The notes under the pieces: model-generated | Told to the model about the DNA's origin: nothing | The model's database searches: none | Seen by the model: the letters and a program-made list of their open reading frames with translations, nothing else | In this document: one piece after another, positions 44,059 to 52,954 of the stretch | How the letters are laid out: each line of letters begins with the position of its first letter | Numbering within the stretch: position 1 is the first letter of the stretch | DNA from: Bacteroidia bacterium | GTDB taxonomy: Bacteria; Bacteroidota; Bacteroidia; UBA4408 | Assembly (NCBI GenBank): GCA_043778625.1 | Contig: JAYWFU010000128.1 | Coordinates: forward strand, 54,528-118,527 | Reading direction: 5' to 3' | Length of the DNA: 64,000 nucleotides | Translations under genes and position numbers: made by a program

Positions 44059-44643
44059 ATGATTTACGAATTTAACGGCTATAAACCCGTAATACATCCA
44101 ACATCATTTATACACCCGCAAGCCACAATTACAGGCAATGTAATTATTGGCAAACACGTGTACGTGGGCCCAGGAGCTGCACTGCGTGGCGACTGGGGAC
44201 AAATAATAATTAAAGACGGTTGTAATGTGCAGGAAAACTGCACCATACACATGTTTCCGGGTACAACGGTTACGTTACACGAAGGGGCGCACATTGGGCA
44301 CGGCGCTATAATACACGGTGCTACGGTAGGGCAAAATTCGTTAATAGGTATGAATTCAGTGCTTATGGACGATGTAGTTATAGGCAACGAGTGTGTAGTA
44401 GGCGCATTAGCATTTGTGCCTGCACGCACTGTATTTAGCGCACGCCAAGTAATTGTGGGTAACCCCGCACGTGCCGTAAAAGAGGTAAGCGACACCATGA
44501 TAGCTTGGAAAACTAAAGGCACTGAACTATACCAACAACTACCCGCTGAGTGCTATGCTACACTTAAACCCTGCGAACCACTTACCGAAATAGAATCTAA
44601 CCGCCCTACACAGCAGGCAGTATATGATGTGTGGAAGAGTTAG
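44059..44643 (+). CDS. paaY: Hexapeptide-repeat protein, PaaY/CaiE (gamma-carbonic-anhydrase-like) family
   Basis: YEFNGYKPVIH, LRGDWG, NVQENC..HMFPG, HIGHGAIIHG; paaB/paaC occur in the same window. Confidence 0.75.
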   Translation: MIYEFNGYKPVIHPTSFIHPQATITGNVIIGKHVYVGPGAALRGDWGQIIIKDGCNVQENCTIHMFPGTTVTLHEGAHIGHGAIIHGATVGQNSLIGMNSVLMDDVVIGNECVVGALAFVPARTVFSARQVIVGNPARAVKEVSDTMIAWKTKGTELYQQLPAECYATLKPCEPLTEIESNRPTQQAVYDVWKS

Positions 44644-44667
44644 GTTGTTCTCCGAATTGTATTCTCC

Positions 44668-44733
44668 GCCTTGTTTCGTATCCTCACGAACTGAAAGTAT
44701 ATTTGATTGTTTAGTGGGAACACGAAACAAGGC
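44668..44733. repeat. REP doublet (REPIN-like) palindrome, degenerate copy 2
   Basis: GCCTTGTTTCGTATCCTCACGAAC...GTTTAGTGGGAACACGAAACAAGGC, homologous to 40878-40942. Confidence 0.75.
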
Positions 44734-44752
44734 TTATTAAACACAACACCCA

Positions 44753-45856
44753 TTGAACCCTCAAAAAAAAATAATAGTAAGCGTAACTAACGATCTCGTA
44801 ACCGACCAACGTGTGCACAAAGTATGTACATTTTTGCAAGCGCACAATTATACTGTTATGCTGGTGGGGCGAGTGTTAAAAGGTAGTCCAGCTACTGAAC
44901 GTAAGTACGCTACGCATCGTTTTAAATTATGGTTTACCAGTTCGGCATTGTTTTATGCTGAATATAATTTGCGATTATTTTTGTATTTATTGTTTCATAA
45001 ATACGATTGTTTATTAGCCAATGATTTGGATACATTGCTTGCCAACTACTTAGTACAACAACTTAAAGGCGGTGAACTGTACTACGACACGCACGAATAT
45101 TTTACCGAAGTACCTGAACTAGCACACAATGCCATTGCAAAAAAAACTTGGCTAAGTATTGAACGTTACATTTTCCCAAAGTTAAAAAATGTATATACCG
45201 TAAATAATTCTATTGCCAAAATATATAACAAGTTTTACGGCAACACATTACACGTAGTGCGCAACATACCTATGTTTACACCTAATAGCACTACACTAAA
45301 AACACGTGAGGAATTAGAATTAAACCCAACTCAAAAAATAATTATTATGCAAGGTGCAGGTATTAATATAGATAGAGGCGCTGAGGAAGCGGTGTTAGCT
45401 ATGCAATACCTTCCCAATTATTTATTGCTAATTATTGGCTCGGGCGACGCCATACCTGCCGTACAACAATTAATACAACAACACCATTTGCAACATTGCG
45501 TACAGCTTATGCCCCGCATGCCTTACGCTGAATTAATGCACTACACCCGCACTGCTAACGTGGGTATTACGTTAGATAAAGACACTAATCTTAATTACAA
45601 ATACAGTTTGCCCAACAAATTATTTGACTACTTGCACGCTGGTATACCAGTAGTAACAAGTAATTTGGTGGAACTAGCTACTATTGTAACCCAGTATAAC
45701 GTTGGGCAAATTACACCAAGCCATGCTCCGCAAGATATTGCTACAGCTATTGAACGTGTTGTAAACACTGATTATACGGCACAAATTAACCTAGCACAAA
45801 CAAAATTACAATGGCAAAACGAATGTGTAACATTGGCTAAAATTTATAACGTGTAA
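44753..45856 (+). CDS. Glycosyltransferase family 4 protein
   Basis: DQRVHK, YDTHEYF, SLPNKLFDYLHAGIPVV; TTG start. Confidence 0.88.
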   Translation: MNPQKKIIVSVTNDLVTDQRVHKVCTFLQAHNYTVMLVGRVLKGSPATERKYATHRFKLWFTSSALFYAEYNLRLFLYLLFHKYDCLLANDLDTLLANYLVQQLKGGELYYDTHEYFTEVPELAHNAIAKKTWLSIERYIFPKLKNVYTVNNSIAKIYNKFYGNTLHVVRNIPMFTPNSTTLKTREELELNPTQKIIIMQGAGINIDRGAEEAVLAMQYLPNYLLLIIGSGDAIPAVQQLIQQHHLQHCVQLMPRMPYAELMHYTRTANVGITLDKDTNLNYKYSLPNKLFDYLHAGIPVVTSNLVELATIVTQYNVGQITPSHAPQDIATAIERVVNTDYTAQINLAQTKLQWQNECVTLAKIYNV

Positions 45857-46923
45857 TGAGCCTTACTACCACTCACCCCATTAGTAATTTGTTGCTGCAA
45901 TGGTATGCTACACACAAGCGTGATTTGCCTTGGCGCAACATTAACAATGCTTACTATATATGGCTATCGGAAATTATATTGCAACAAACCCGTGTAGCAC
46001 AAGGCTTACCCTACTACGTAAATTTTATTACTGCTTACCCCACCGTACAAAAGTTAGCCAATGCGCCTGAGCAAGATGTACTAAAACTATGGCAAGGCTT
46101 GGGCTATTATAGCCGAGCACGCAACTTGCACGCTGCCGCTAAAATGGTAATAACAGATTTTAACGGAGTATTCCCTACCGATTATATTAATTTAAAAAAA
46201 CTAAAAGGCGTAGGCGAATACACGGCATCGGCCATTGCATCATTTGCTAGCAATGAAGCCAAGGCAGTAGTAGATGGCAATGTATATAGGGTGTTGAGCC
46301 GTTTGTACAACGTAGCTACACCTATTGATAGTACGGAGGGCGTAAAATTATTTTCGACCTTGGCCTACGAATTATTACCGCAATTAAATGCAGGCGAACA
46401 CAACCAAGCCATGATGGAGCTAGGCGCTACGTGCTGCAAACCCAAATTGCCCATGTGTGAGGCATGCCCTGTACTACAGTACTGCCAAGCATTTAAAGCC
46501 AATACTATAAACGAACTACCTGTTAAAAGCAAAAAGACAAAAGTTACTGCACGTTATTTTTATTACCTAATAATTGAAGATGCGCAACAACACACCTTAA
46601 TACATCAACGCCCTGCAGGCGACATTTGGCAAGGCTTATACGAGTTTGTATTAATAGAAAGTACGAGTGTATTAACTCCAACAGAATTAAAAAAAGAAGT
46701 GCAAAGTAAATTAGGCAACCTAAAGTTTAACATTACGCAGCAATCCACTTCGGTTAAGCATGTGCTAAGCCATCAACATTTATACACCGTTTTTTGTACC
46801 TTACAAGTGGCTACATTACCTGTAATTGCTAGTACTTTAGCCATACCTATGGCTGTAATTAACAACTATCCTTTACCCCGATTAATTGATAAATATTTAA
46901 ATGAACATTTTTTTAACCAATGA
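45856..46923 (+). CDS. mutY: A/G-specific adenine glycosylase
   Basis: RDLPWR, SEIILQQTRV, WQGLGYYSRARN, LKGVGEYTA, VDGNV.RV, [4Fe-4S] Cys cluster. Confidence 0.97.
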   Translation: MSLTTTHPISNLLLQWYATHKRDLPWRNINNAYYIWLSEIILQQTRVAQGLPYYVNFITAYPTVQKLANAPEQDVLKLWQGLGYYSRARNLHAAAKMVITDFNGVFPTDYINLKKLKGVGEYTASAIASFASNEAKAVVDGNVYRVLSRLYNVATPIDSTEGVKLFSTLAYELLPQLNAGEHNQAMMELGATCCKPKLPMCEACPVLQYCQAFKANTINELPVKSKKTKVTARYFYYLIIEDAQQHTLIHQRPAGDIWQGLYEFVLIESTSVLTPTELKKEVQSKLGNLKFNITQQSTSVKHVLSHQHLYTVFCTLQVATLPVIASTLAIPMAVINNYPLPRLIDKYLNEHFFNQ

Positions 46924-47702
46924 TACTTACTGATACCCACATACACCTGTATTACCCCGAATACGAAACGCCCGTAGCACAACTTATTGAGCAAGCTAAT
47001 AAGCGCGGTGTTAGTCGTTTTTTTTTACCTAACGTAGATTTAGCTTCTATACCTATGATGTATGCGGTACACGCTGCCCATCCTACGTGTACTTATATGA
47101 TGATGGGCTTACACCCCTGCAGTGTTACCGACGATTATTTGGAGGTACTTGCGGCAATGGAAAAAGAATTAAATAGCGATAAAACATTTTGTGCCATAGG
47201 CGAAATAGGTTTAGATTTATATTGGGATAAAACCACACTTGTACAACAAACACATGCTTTTGAGCTACAAATAAAATGGGCCGTAGCACGCAACCTACCC
47301 TTTGCAATACACTGCCGCAAAGCATTTGACGAAACGTATGCACTACTTTTAAAACTTAAAAAAGAATTAAAGCTAGAAAAATTTAGTGGTGTATTTCATT
47401 GCTTTGGAGGAACTGTGGAGCAAGCGCAATTGCTTATTAAAATAGGGTTTTACATAGGTATTGGTGGTGTAGTTACTTACAAAAACAGTGGCATACAACA
47501 AGTAGTTGAAGCCCTTGATTTACAACACATAGTTCTCGAAACTGATGCTCCTTATCTTGCTCCAGTACCACATCGTGGCAAAACTAATATGCCCGTGTAC
47601 TTGGCTGATATTGCACAACACATTGCCTTAATAAAACAAATAAGCGTACCCGAAGTGGCACGTATTACTACCCAAAATTCTATTGATTTGTTTGGCGCGT
47701 AG
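46920..47702 (+). CDS. TatD family hydrolase
   Basis: DTHIH, GLHP, IGEIGLD, IHCR, FHCF, LETDAPYLAP. Confidence 0.93.
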   Translation: MILTDTHIHLYYPEYETPVAQLIEQANKRGVSRFFLPNVDLASIPMMYAVHAAHPTCTYMMMGLHPCSVTDDYLEVLAAMEKELNSDKTFCAIGEIGLDLYWDKTTLVQQTHAFELQIKWAVARNLPFAIHCRKAFDETYALLLKLKKELKLEKFSGVFHCFGGTVEQAQLLIKIGFYIGIGGVVTYKNSGIQQVVEALDLQHIVLETDAPYLAPVPHRGKTNMPVYLADIAQHIALIKQISVPEVARITTQNSIDLFGA

Positions 47703-47775
47703 TCCTCAAAAAAAAGCTAAACTATTTTGTATAACTTTGAATATTACTATTAATAACAAACACTTACTTAGTGCC

Positions 47776-48384
47776 ATGCCAGCATTACACAAACTATTAA
47801 TTATTGTTGCGCTAGTAGTGTATGGTAGTACTTGGGCACTAGCGCAAGACGATGAATATACCCGACAATCCAAAACTAATACAAGCATTGATACTGTAAA
47901 ACCAAGTAATATAACTGCACGCCAACTTCCCGAAACGTGGTGGCAAAAACACAAAGACAAAATTAGCACAGGCGGAAACCTTAGTATAAATTACTATAAT
48001 GGCTGGGTAGTACAATTAAGCCCATTAATAGGTTATAAGTTTAACAAATATATTATGCTGGGCAATACCTTTAACTTTGCCTATTACGAAAATGGTTATG
48101 GCATAGGCCGCTCAATAAGTACTTATGGTGTTAGTCCGTTTGCACGGGCGTACATTTTACCTCGTTTGTTTTTGCATACTGAGTACGAAAACAATTATAT
48201 AAAAGTACTTAATACGGCTACTCAACCCATTTATATTTACAACTGGTTAGCTGGTGCAGGTATTACTTATCCTATTGTAGGTAATGTGTATGCTACCCTA
48301 TCAGCCTTGTGGGTTGTTAAAACTAACTATGCCCGCTTTTATCAAAATCCAATAATTAGAGGTGGAATAATAGTAGGGTTTTAA
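47776..48384 (+). CDS. Putative outer-membrane beta-barrel protein
   Basis: Signal peptide from ATG 47776; GGNLS, LSPLIGY, C-terminal GF. Confidence 0.65.
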   Translation: MPALHKLLIIVALVVYGSTWALAQDDEYTRQSKTNTSIDTVKPSNITARQLPETWWQKHKDKISTGGNLSINYYNGWVVQLSPLIGYKFNKYIMLGNTFNFAYYENGYGIGRSISTYGVSPFARAYILPRLFLHTEYENNYIKVLNTATQPIYIYNWLAGAGITYPIVGNVYATLSALWVVKTNYARFYQNPIIRGGIIVGF

Positions 48385-48393
48385 TTAAAATTC

Positions 48394-49320
48394 TTATAGT
48401 CCCTCATACATTACCCCTTCTTTGAGCGCATAGGTACTTAGCCATAGTTGGTTAATGTTGTACTGTGTAATAATATATTGCGTGCAAAGGGCTGCTAAAA
48501 CTAGCATTTGAGCACGTAGAGGTATTACACCTGGCATAGCTAAACGTTGCTCAAAAGTACTTACATAAATTGTTTCAAATAATTGAAACAGTTGGGGTAA
48601 ATCAAATTCGTAACTAGTATGTTGTGAGGTAAGTATGGGTAAATTATTTTGTAACAGTAGCACATCGGCAAAGGTGTCAAAGCTACCGCTTGAGCCTACT
48701 AACAGGGTAGGGCGGTGCAATTGTATAGCAACGGTAAGTGTACTTAATTCGGCAGTTAAATAATTAGTAATAGTAGTTTTATCTTTCTCGGTAATTACAT
48801 CACTTGGGTTAAACTTAGCCAACAGCCTTGCTATACCTATGTTGTAGCTTTGCTTAAAAATAATGTGTGCGTGGTTACAAATAATAAACTCAGTGCTACC
48901 TCCGCCAATATCCATTATTAAGGTGTTGTGCGTGGTGGGTATAGTTACGGCGTGACGCACCCCGTTGTATATTAACTCGGCTTCGCGTAAGCCATCAATT
49001 ACTTGTATAATAATGTTGGTGTATTGCTTAACTGCCGTGCAAAATTCGTTACAGTTGCTAGCATTGCGCACGGCCGATGTAGCAAAGGCATTAATAGTAG
49101 TTACCTTATACTCGTTGCAAATAGTAACAAAGTGCTGTAAGGCATTAATGGCTCGCTGTTGTGCGGCAGCATTAATTATGTTGCTACCAATTGTATGCTC
49201 CCCCAATTGTACGGCTTGCTTAGTAGTGTGTAGTATGTGGGGTACATTGTTGGTAACTTGCATTATTAGCAGGTTAAAGGTATTAGTGCCTAAATCAATA
49301 ACGGCGGTAGTTTGGCGCAT
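48394..49320 (-). CDS. Ppx/GppA family exopolyphosphatase
   Basis: IDLGTNT, ATSAVRNA, DG.REAEL, DIGGGSTE, LKEG. Confidence 0.92.
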   Translation of the reverse strand: MRQTTAVIDLGTNTFNLLIMQVTNNVPHILHTTKQAVQLGEHTIGSNIINAAAQQRAINALQHFVTICNEYKVTTINAFATSAVRNASNCNEFCTAVKQYTNIIIQVIDGLREAELIYNGVRHAVTIPTTHNTLIMDIGGGSTEFIICNHAHIIFKQSYNIGIARLLAKFNPSDVITEKDKTTITNYLTAELSTLTVAIQLHRPTLLVGSSGSFDTFADVLLLQNNLPILTSQHTSYEFDLPQLFQLFETIYVSTFEQRLAMPGVIPLRAQMLVLAALCTQYIITQYNINQLWLSTYALKEGVMYEGL

Positions 49321-49329
49321 TGTTAATTG

Positions 49330-49965
49330 TTATAGTTTACGAGTAATATATAACCCATCACGCAGGGGCAATAATATTTTTTGGATACGAGTATCGTTGT
49401 TAATGTAAGTGTTAAAATCTATAATAGCTTGTGTGTCTTTATCAGGTAGGGCATCGGTAACACGCCCTTTCCATAACACGTTATCAATTATTATTAATGC
49501 ACCTTGGCGGCAGTGGTTAATACTCCAATCGTAGTACAGTTTATTGTTTTTTTTATCAGCATCAATAAATACTACATCAAACGTGTGTTGTAGTGTTGGC
49601 AGTATATCCAAGGCATTGCCTACTTTAAGTTGTATTTGATAAGCGTAGGCACTCTCCGTAAAATACTGTTGCGCACGCTCGGCTACTTCATCATTTTTTT
49701 CAATAGTAATTATAGTGCCGTTAGTTACTAAACCTTGTGCCATACACAGCGTTGCATAGCCTGTGTAAGTACCAAATTCTAATACATAATTAGCGTTAGA
49801 TAATTGGCATAATAACTTTAGCAATTGCCCTTGCACTGCGCCCGATAGCATGTGGGGCTGCAATACGTGTAGATAAGTTTCGCGCTCAATTTTGGTGAGT
49901 AGCGCATCAACTTTAGAGCTGTGTTGTTGGCAATAGTTTTGTATGTCGGCAGCAATAATTTCCAT
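49330..49965 (-). CDS. SAM-dependent O-methyltransferase
   Basis: LEFGTYTGY, FIDADK, DNVLWKG, PLRDG. Confidence 0.92.
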   Translation of the reverse strand: MEIIAADIQNYCQQHSSKVDALLTKIERETYLHVLQPHMLSGAVQGQLLKLLCQLSNANYVLEFGTYTGYATLCMAQGLVTNGTIITIEKNDEVAERAQQYFTESAYAYQIQLKVGNALDILPTLQHTFDVVFIDADKKNNKLYYDWSINHCRQGALIIIDNVLWKGRVTDALPDKDTQAIIDFNTYINNDTRIQKILLPLRDGLYITRKL

Positions 49966-51210
49966 TTAATTAGCAGCAGGGGTAAATACTAATTGCGTAA
50001 AATTATCTTGGTTTAATATTTCGTTGGCCACGTGTAATAAATCGCTTGCCGTAATTTTATCAATAGCCCGTAACGACTCGTTAACCGTAACCACACGATT
50101 ATTCATTAACTGCGATTTGCCTATACCAAACAAATTACTTAGGCCACTATCCAGCCCCAGGCTTATTTGCCCGCTGAGTTGATTTTTGGCTTCGCGCAAT
50201 TTTATTTCGCTAAGTTGTTTGGTTTTAAATGAATTTAAAATTTTCCATACCGAAGCATTTACTTTGTTGTGGTTGGCTTCATCGCAACCGTAGTAAATAC
50301 TAAACTGCCCCGAGTTTTTGTAAGCCCCATAGTTACTGCTAATGTCGTACACCCAAGCATTTTTTTCGCGTACATGCATGTTTAATGCAGCATTCATAGC
50401 TGGGCCACCAATTATATTATTTAAGAGCATAAATGCTAAGCGTTCTTTTTGATTGTGGCCATAAGCAGGCACGCCAAGTATGCAATGTAGTTGCGAAATA
50501 TCTTTTTCCATCACCACATTTTTGGGTTTGTAGCTAGGTTTACCTACTCGTACTTTAGGGGTAGTTGCAGGCATTTTGCATTGCATTAAATGCTTGTTGA
50601 GTATGGCTACTTGCTGTGCAATAGGCAGTGGGCTTACACTTACAATAATTACGTTTTGAGCGTTGTAGTGTTGTTTTACAAACTGTTGAAGGTCTTTTGT
50701 TTTAAAATTAGCAATACTGTCTTTAGTGCCTAAAATAGGGTGTGCCAGCGGGTGCTTGCCATAAAATAATTCATCGTAGTCGTCCATTATTTGCTCAGCG
50801 GGCGAATCTTGGTAAGAGTTAATTTCCTCGTTAATTACACTTTTTTCTTTTTCAATTTCGGCTTGCGGAAACAACGAATTAAACGTAATATCAATTAACA
50901 AATCAGCGGCACGGTCGTAATACTCGTTACGAAACGAAGCGTGATAGCACGTTTCTTCCTTGCTGGTGTAAGCGTTAAGCTCGCCACCTACGGTATCTAA
51001 CCTATTAATAATGTGAAAACTTTTGCGCTTGGCCGTACCCTTAAATATACAATGTTCAATAAGGTGTGCAAGGCCGTGTTGTTGGGCGTTTTCGAGACCC
51101 GAGCCACAATCAATCATAATGCCTAGGTGCGAGTTAAGTTGATGCCACTCCTTGCTTACTAGCACTATGTTGTGGTGGAGTATTGCGGTTGATATTTTTT
51201 CGTGGTACAT
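49966..51210 (-). CDS. M16 (pitrilysin) family peptidase
   Basis: HLIEH (HXXEH), GGELNAYT, EK.VI.EE. Confidence 0.92.
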   Translation of the reverse strand: MYHEKISTAILHHNIVLVSKEWHQLNSHLGIMIDCGSGLENAQQHGLAHLIEHCIFKGTAKRKSFHIINRLDTVGGELNAYTSKEETCYHASFRNEYYDRAADLLIDITFNSLFPQAEIEKEKSVINEEINSYQDSPAEQIMDDYDELFYGKHPLAHPILGTKDSIANFKTKDLQQFVKQHYNAQNVIIVSVSPLPIAQQVAILNKHLMQCKMPATTPKVRVGKPSYKPKNVVMEKDISQLHCILGVPAYGHNQKERLAFMLLNNIIGGPAMNAALNMHVREKNAWVYDISSNYGAYKNSGQFSIYYGCDEANHNKVNASVWKILNSFKTKQLSEIKLREAKNQLSGQISLGLDSGLSNLFGIGKSQLMNNRVVTVNESLRAIDKITASDLLHVANEILNQDNFTQLVFTPAAN

Positions 51211-51235
51211 GTAATTTTTTATTATTATAAGAAAA

Positions 51236-51715
51236 CTAAACGGTTGTTATATCTCTTTGTATTAGTTTTTCTCTAGCTGTACTAATCATAGCTTCTCTAA
51301 TTTTAGTATTATTCAACTCTTGATTTATTTCATCATCACTGCTAATAGCCTCGCCAATATTATCAAAGATGTTCATGTCATTCTCCTCTTCATCATTTTC
51401 GTTACCTGAATTTAGTTTGACAATAGCACGATTATACTTATCAAATTCAATAACAGCGAATGTATTAACCCAATCAATGCCGTGAGTTGGGAAACGACTA
51501 TTAATCAACCGTACTAATTCAATATAGAGTTCTTTATCAATTTCTGGTATTATTCCATTTTCACTAATATGAACAAATAAATCTGAACAATTATCAAAGC
51601 CGTATTTTACTCTTAGTGAACGGAAATTATTTATGTCGAAGTTCTTTACAACGGGGTTTTCGCTATTGATTGTAATTGTAATAATATCGTTTTGAGAATT
51701 TATAGTATATGCCAT
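51236..51715 (-). CDS. Hypothetical protein (acidic, AT-rich)
   Basis: 159-aa ORF with no recognised motif. Confidence 0.6.
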   Translation of the reverse strand: MAYTINSQNDIITITINSENPVVKNFDINNFRSLRVKYGFDNCSDLFVHISENGIIPEIDKELYIELVRLINSRFPTHGIDWVNTFAVIEFDKYNRAIVKLNSGNENDEEENDMNIFDNIGEAISSDDEINQELNNTKIREAMISTAREKLIQRDITTV

Positions 51716-51790
51716 TTTTTGTTAATGATTATATGTTATTATTACGATATTATTTATAATTACGTGAGTTATTTTATTATCAATATTCCC

Positions 51791-52951
51791 TTACTCCCCC
51801 TTAGCCTCTGCCAATAATTTATTTTGGCGGGTAAACCATCTAAATAATTTTAAGGATACGTCCATAAACAATATTTTGCTGTTGGCGTTGCGTTCAATGT
51901 GGTAAATACAGTTATTAAATTCCTCTACAATTTCAATAGTGTCGGCACCAATAATCCGTTGATGAAACTTATCAATAAATTGTTTTTCGGCCCCTGCTGT
52001 TTTACCCACTTCATTGCCTTGGTAAGCCATTATTAGGCTTTCGCGAATAAGATGCAAGCAATATTGCAAGAATTTTTTTTGTCGCTCGCGTTTCAATGCC
52101 TCCAACTTGTCAATAAAACCAACTAACTCAATTGTTTTTTTGTTAAAGCATATTAGCATCCACTCTCTAAATAGTTGCATAAATAGGTTGTCGCCCTCGG
52201 TTTCTTCGGCCAAGCGTTTAGCTGCGTTATAACTGCCTTCTGCCATATTTATCACTTCGTGTGCTTGCTCTGCACTTAGTTGATAATCGTACATAATGGC
52301 TTTGGTAAGGTTATCATCATCAATACCTGTAACTTTTATTAATTGTGTACGACTAATAATTGTACTTAATAATTGTTCTTGTTGCTCTACAATAAGTATA
52401 AATAGTGTTTTATCAGGCGGCTCTTCCAATAGTTTTAATAGCTTGTTGGCAGCCTGCGTATTCATTTTTTCGGCCATCCAAATAATCATTACCTTAAACT
52501 CGCCTTCGTAAGGTTTAAGAGCCAGTTTGCGTATAATGTCGTCGCTTTCGTTAACGGATAATATACCTTGTTTGTTATCAATACCAATGGTTTGCAACCA
52601 TTCAAACAAATCCATATAGACATTATCTAACACCGCTTTACGCCACTCGGGCATAAACTGTGCGCTAGTAGGGTCTTTGGTTACTTTGGTAGTAGTGTTG
52701 GTAGGGAAGGCAAAGTGCAAATCGGGGTGCGCTAATTTATTGTACTTAACGCAAGCACTACACACCCCGCACGAATCAGTAGGTTGCCTATTAGTGCAGG
52801 CAATGTATTGTGCGTAAGCAATAGCAAGCCCTATGGTACCCACGCCCTCCTTGCTCAAAAATAGTTGAGCGTGGCTAATACGTTTTTCGTTAGCACTGTT
52901 AATTAATCGTTGCTTAATGGCGGTGTGGCCTAGTATATCTTTAAACAGCAT
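51791..52951 (-). CDS. holB: DNA polymerase III subunit delta'
   Basis: ISHAQLF, SCGVCSAC, HPDLHF, AANKLLKLLEEPP, TIISRTQ. Confidence 0.93.
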   Translation of the reverse strand: MLFKDILGHTAIKQRLINSANEKRISHAQLFLSKEGVGTIGLAIAYAQYIACTNRQPTDSCGVCSACVKYNKLAHPDLHFAFPTNTTTKVTKDPTSAQFMPEWRKAVLDNVYMDLFEWLQTIGIDNKQGILSVNESDDIIRKLALKPYEGEFKVMIIWMAEKMNTQAANKLLKLLEEPPDKTLFILIVEQQEQLLSTIISRTQLIKVTGIDDDNLTKAIMYDYQLSAEQAHEVINMAEGSYNAAKRLAEETEGDNLFMQLFREWMLICFNKKTIELVGFIDKLEALKRERQKKFLQYCLHLIRESLIMAYQGNEVGKTAGAEKQFIDKFHQRIIGADTIEIVEEFNNCIYHIERNANSKILFMDVSLKLFRWFTRQNKLLAEAKGE

Positions 52952-52954
52952 GGG

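Noticed and set aside
44539-44730. 63-aa ORF on the - strand
   Set aside because: Spans the REPIN-like element and the antisense of paaY; most likely spurious
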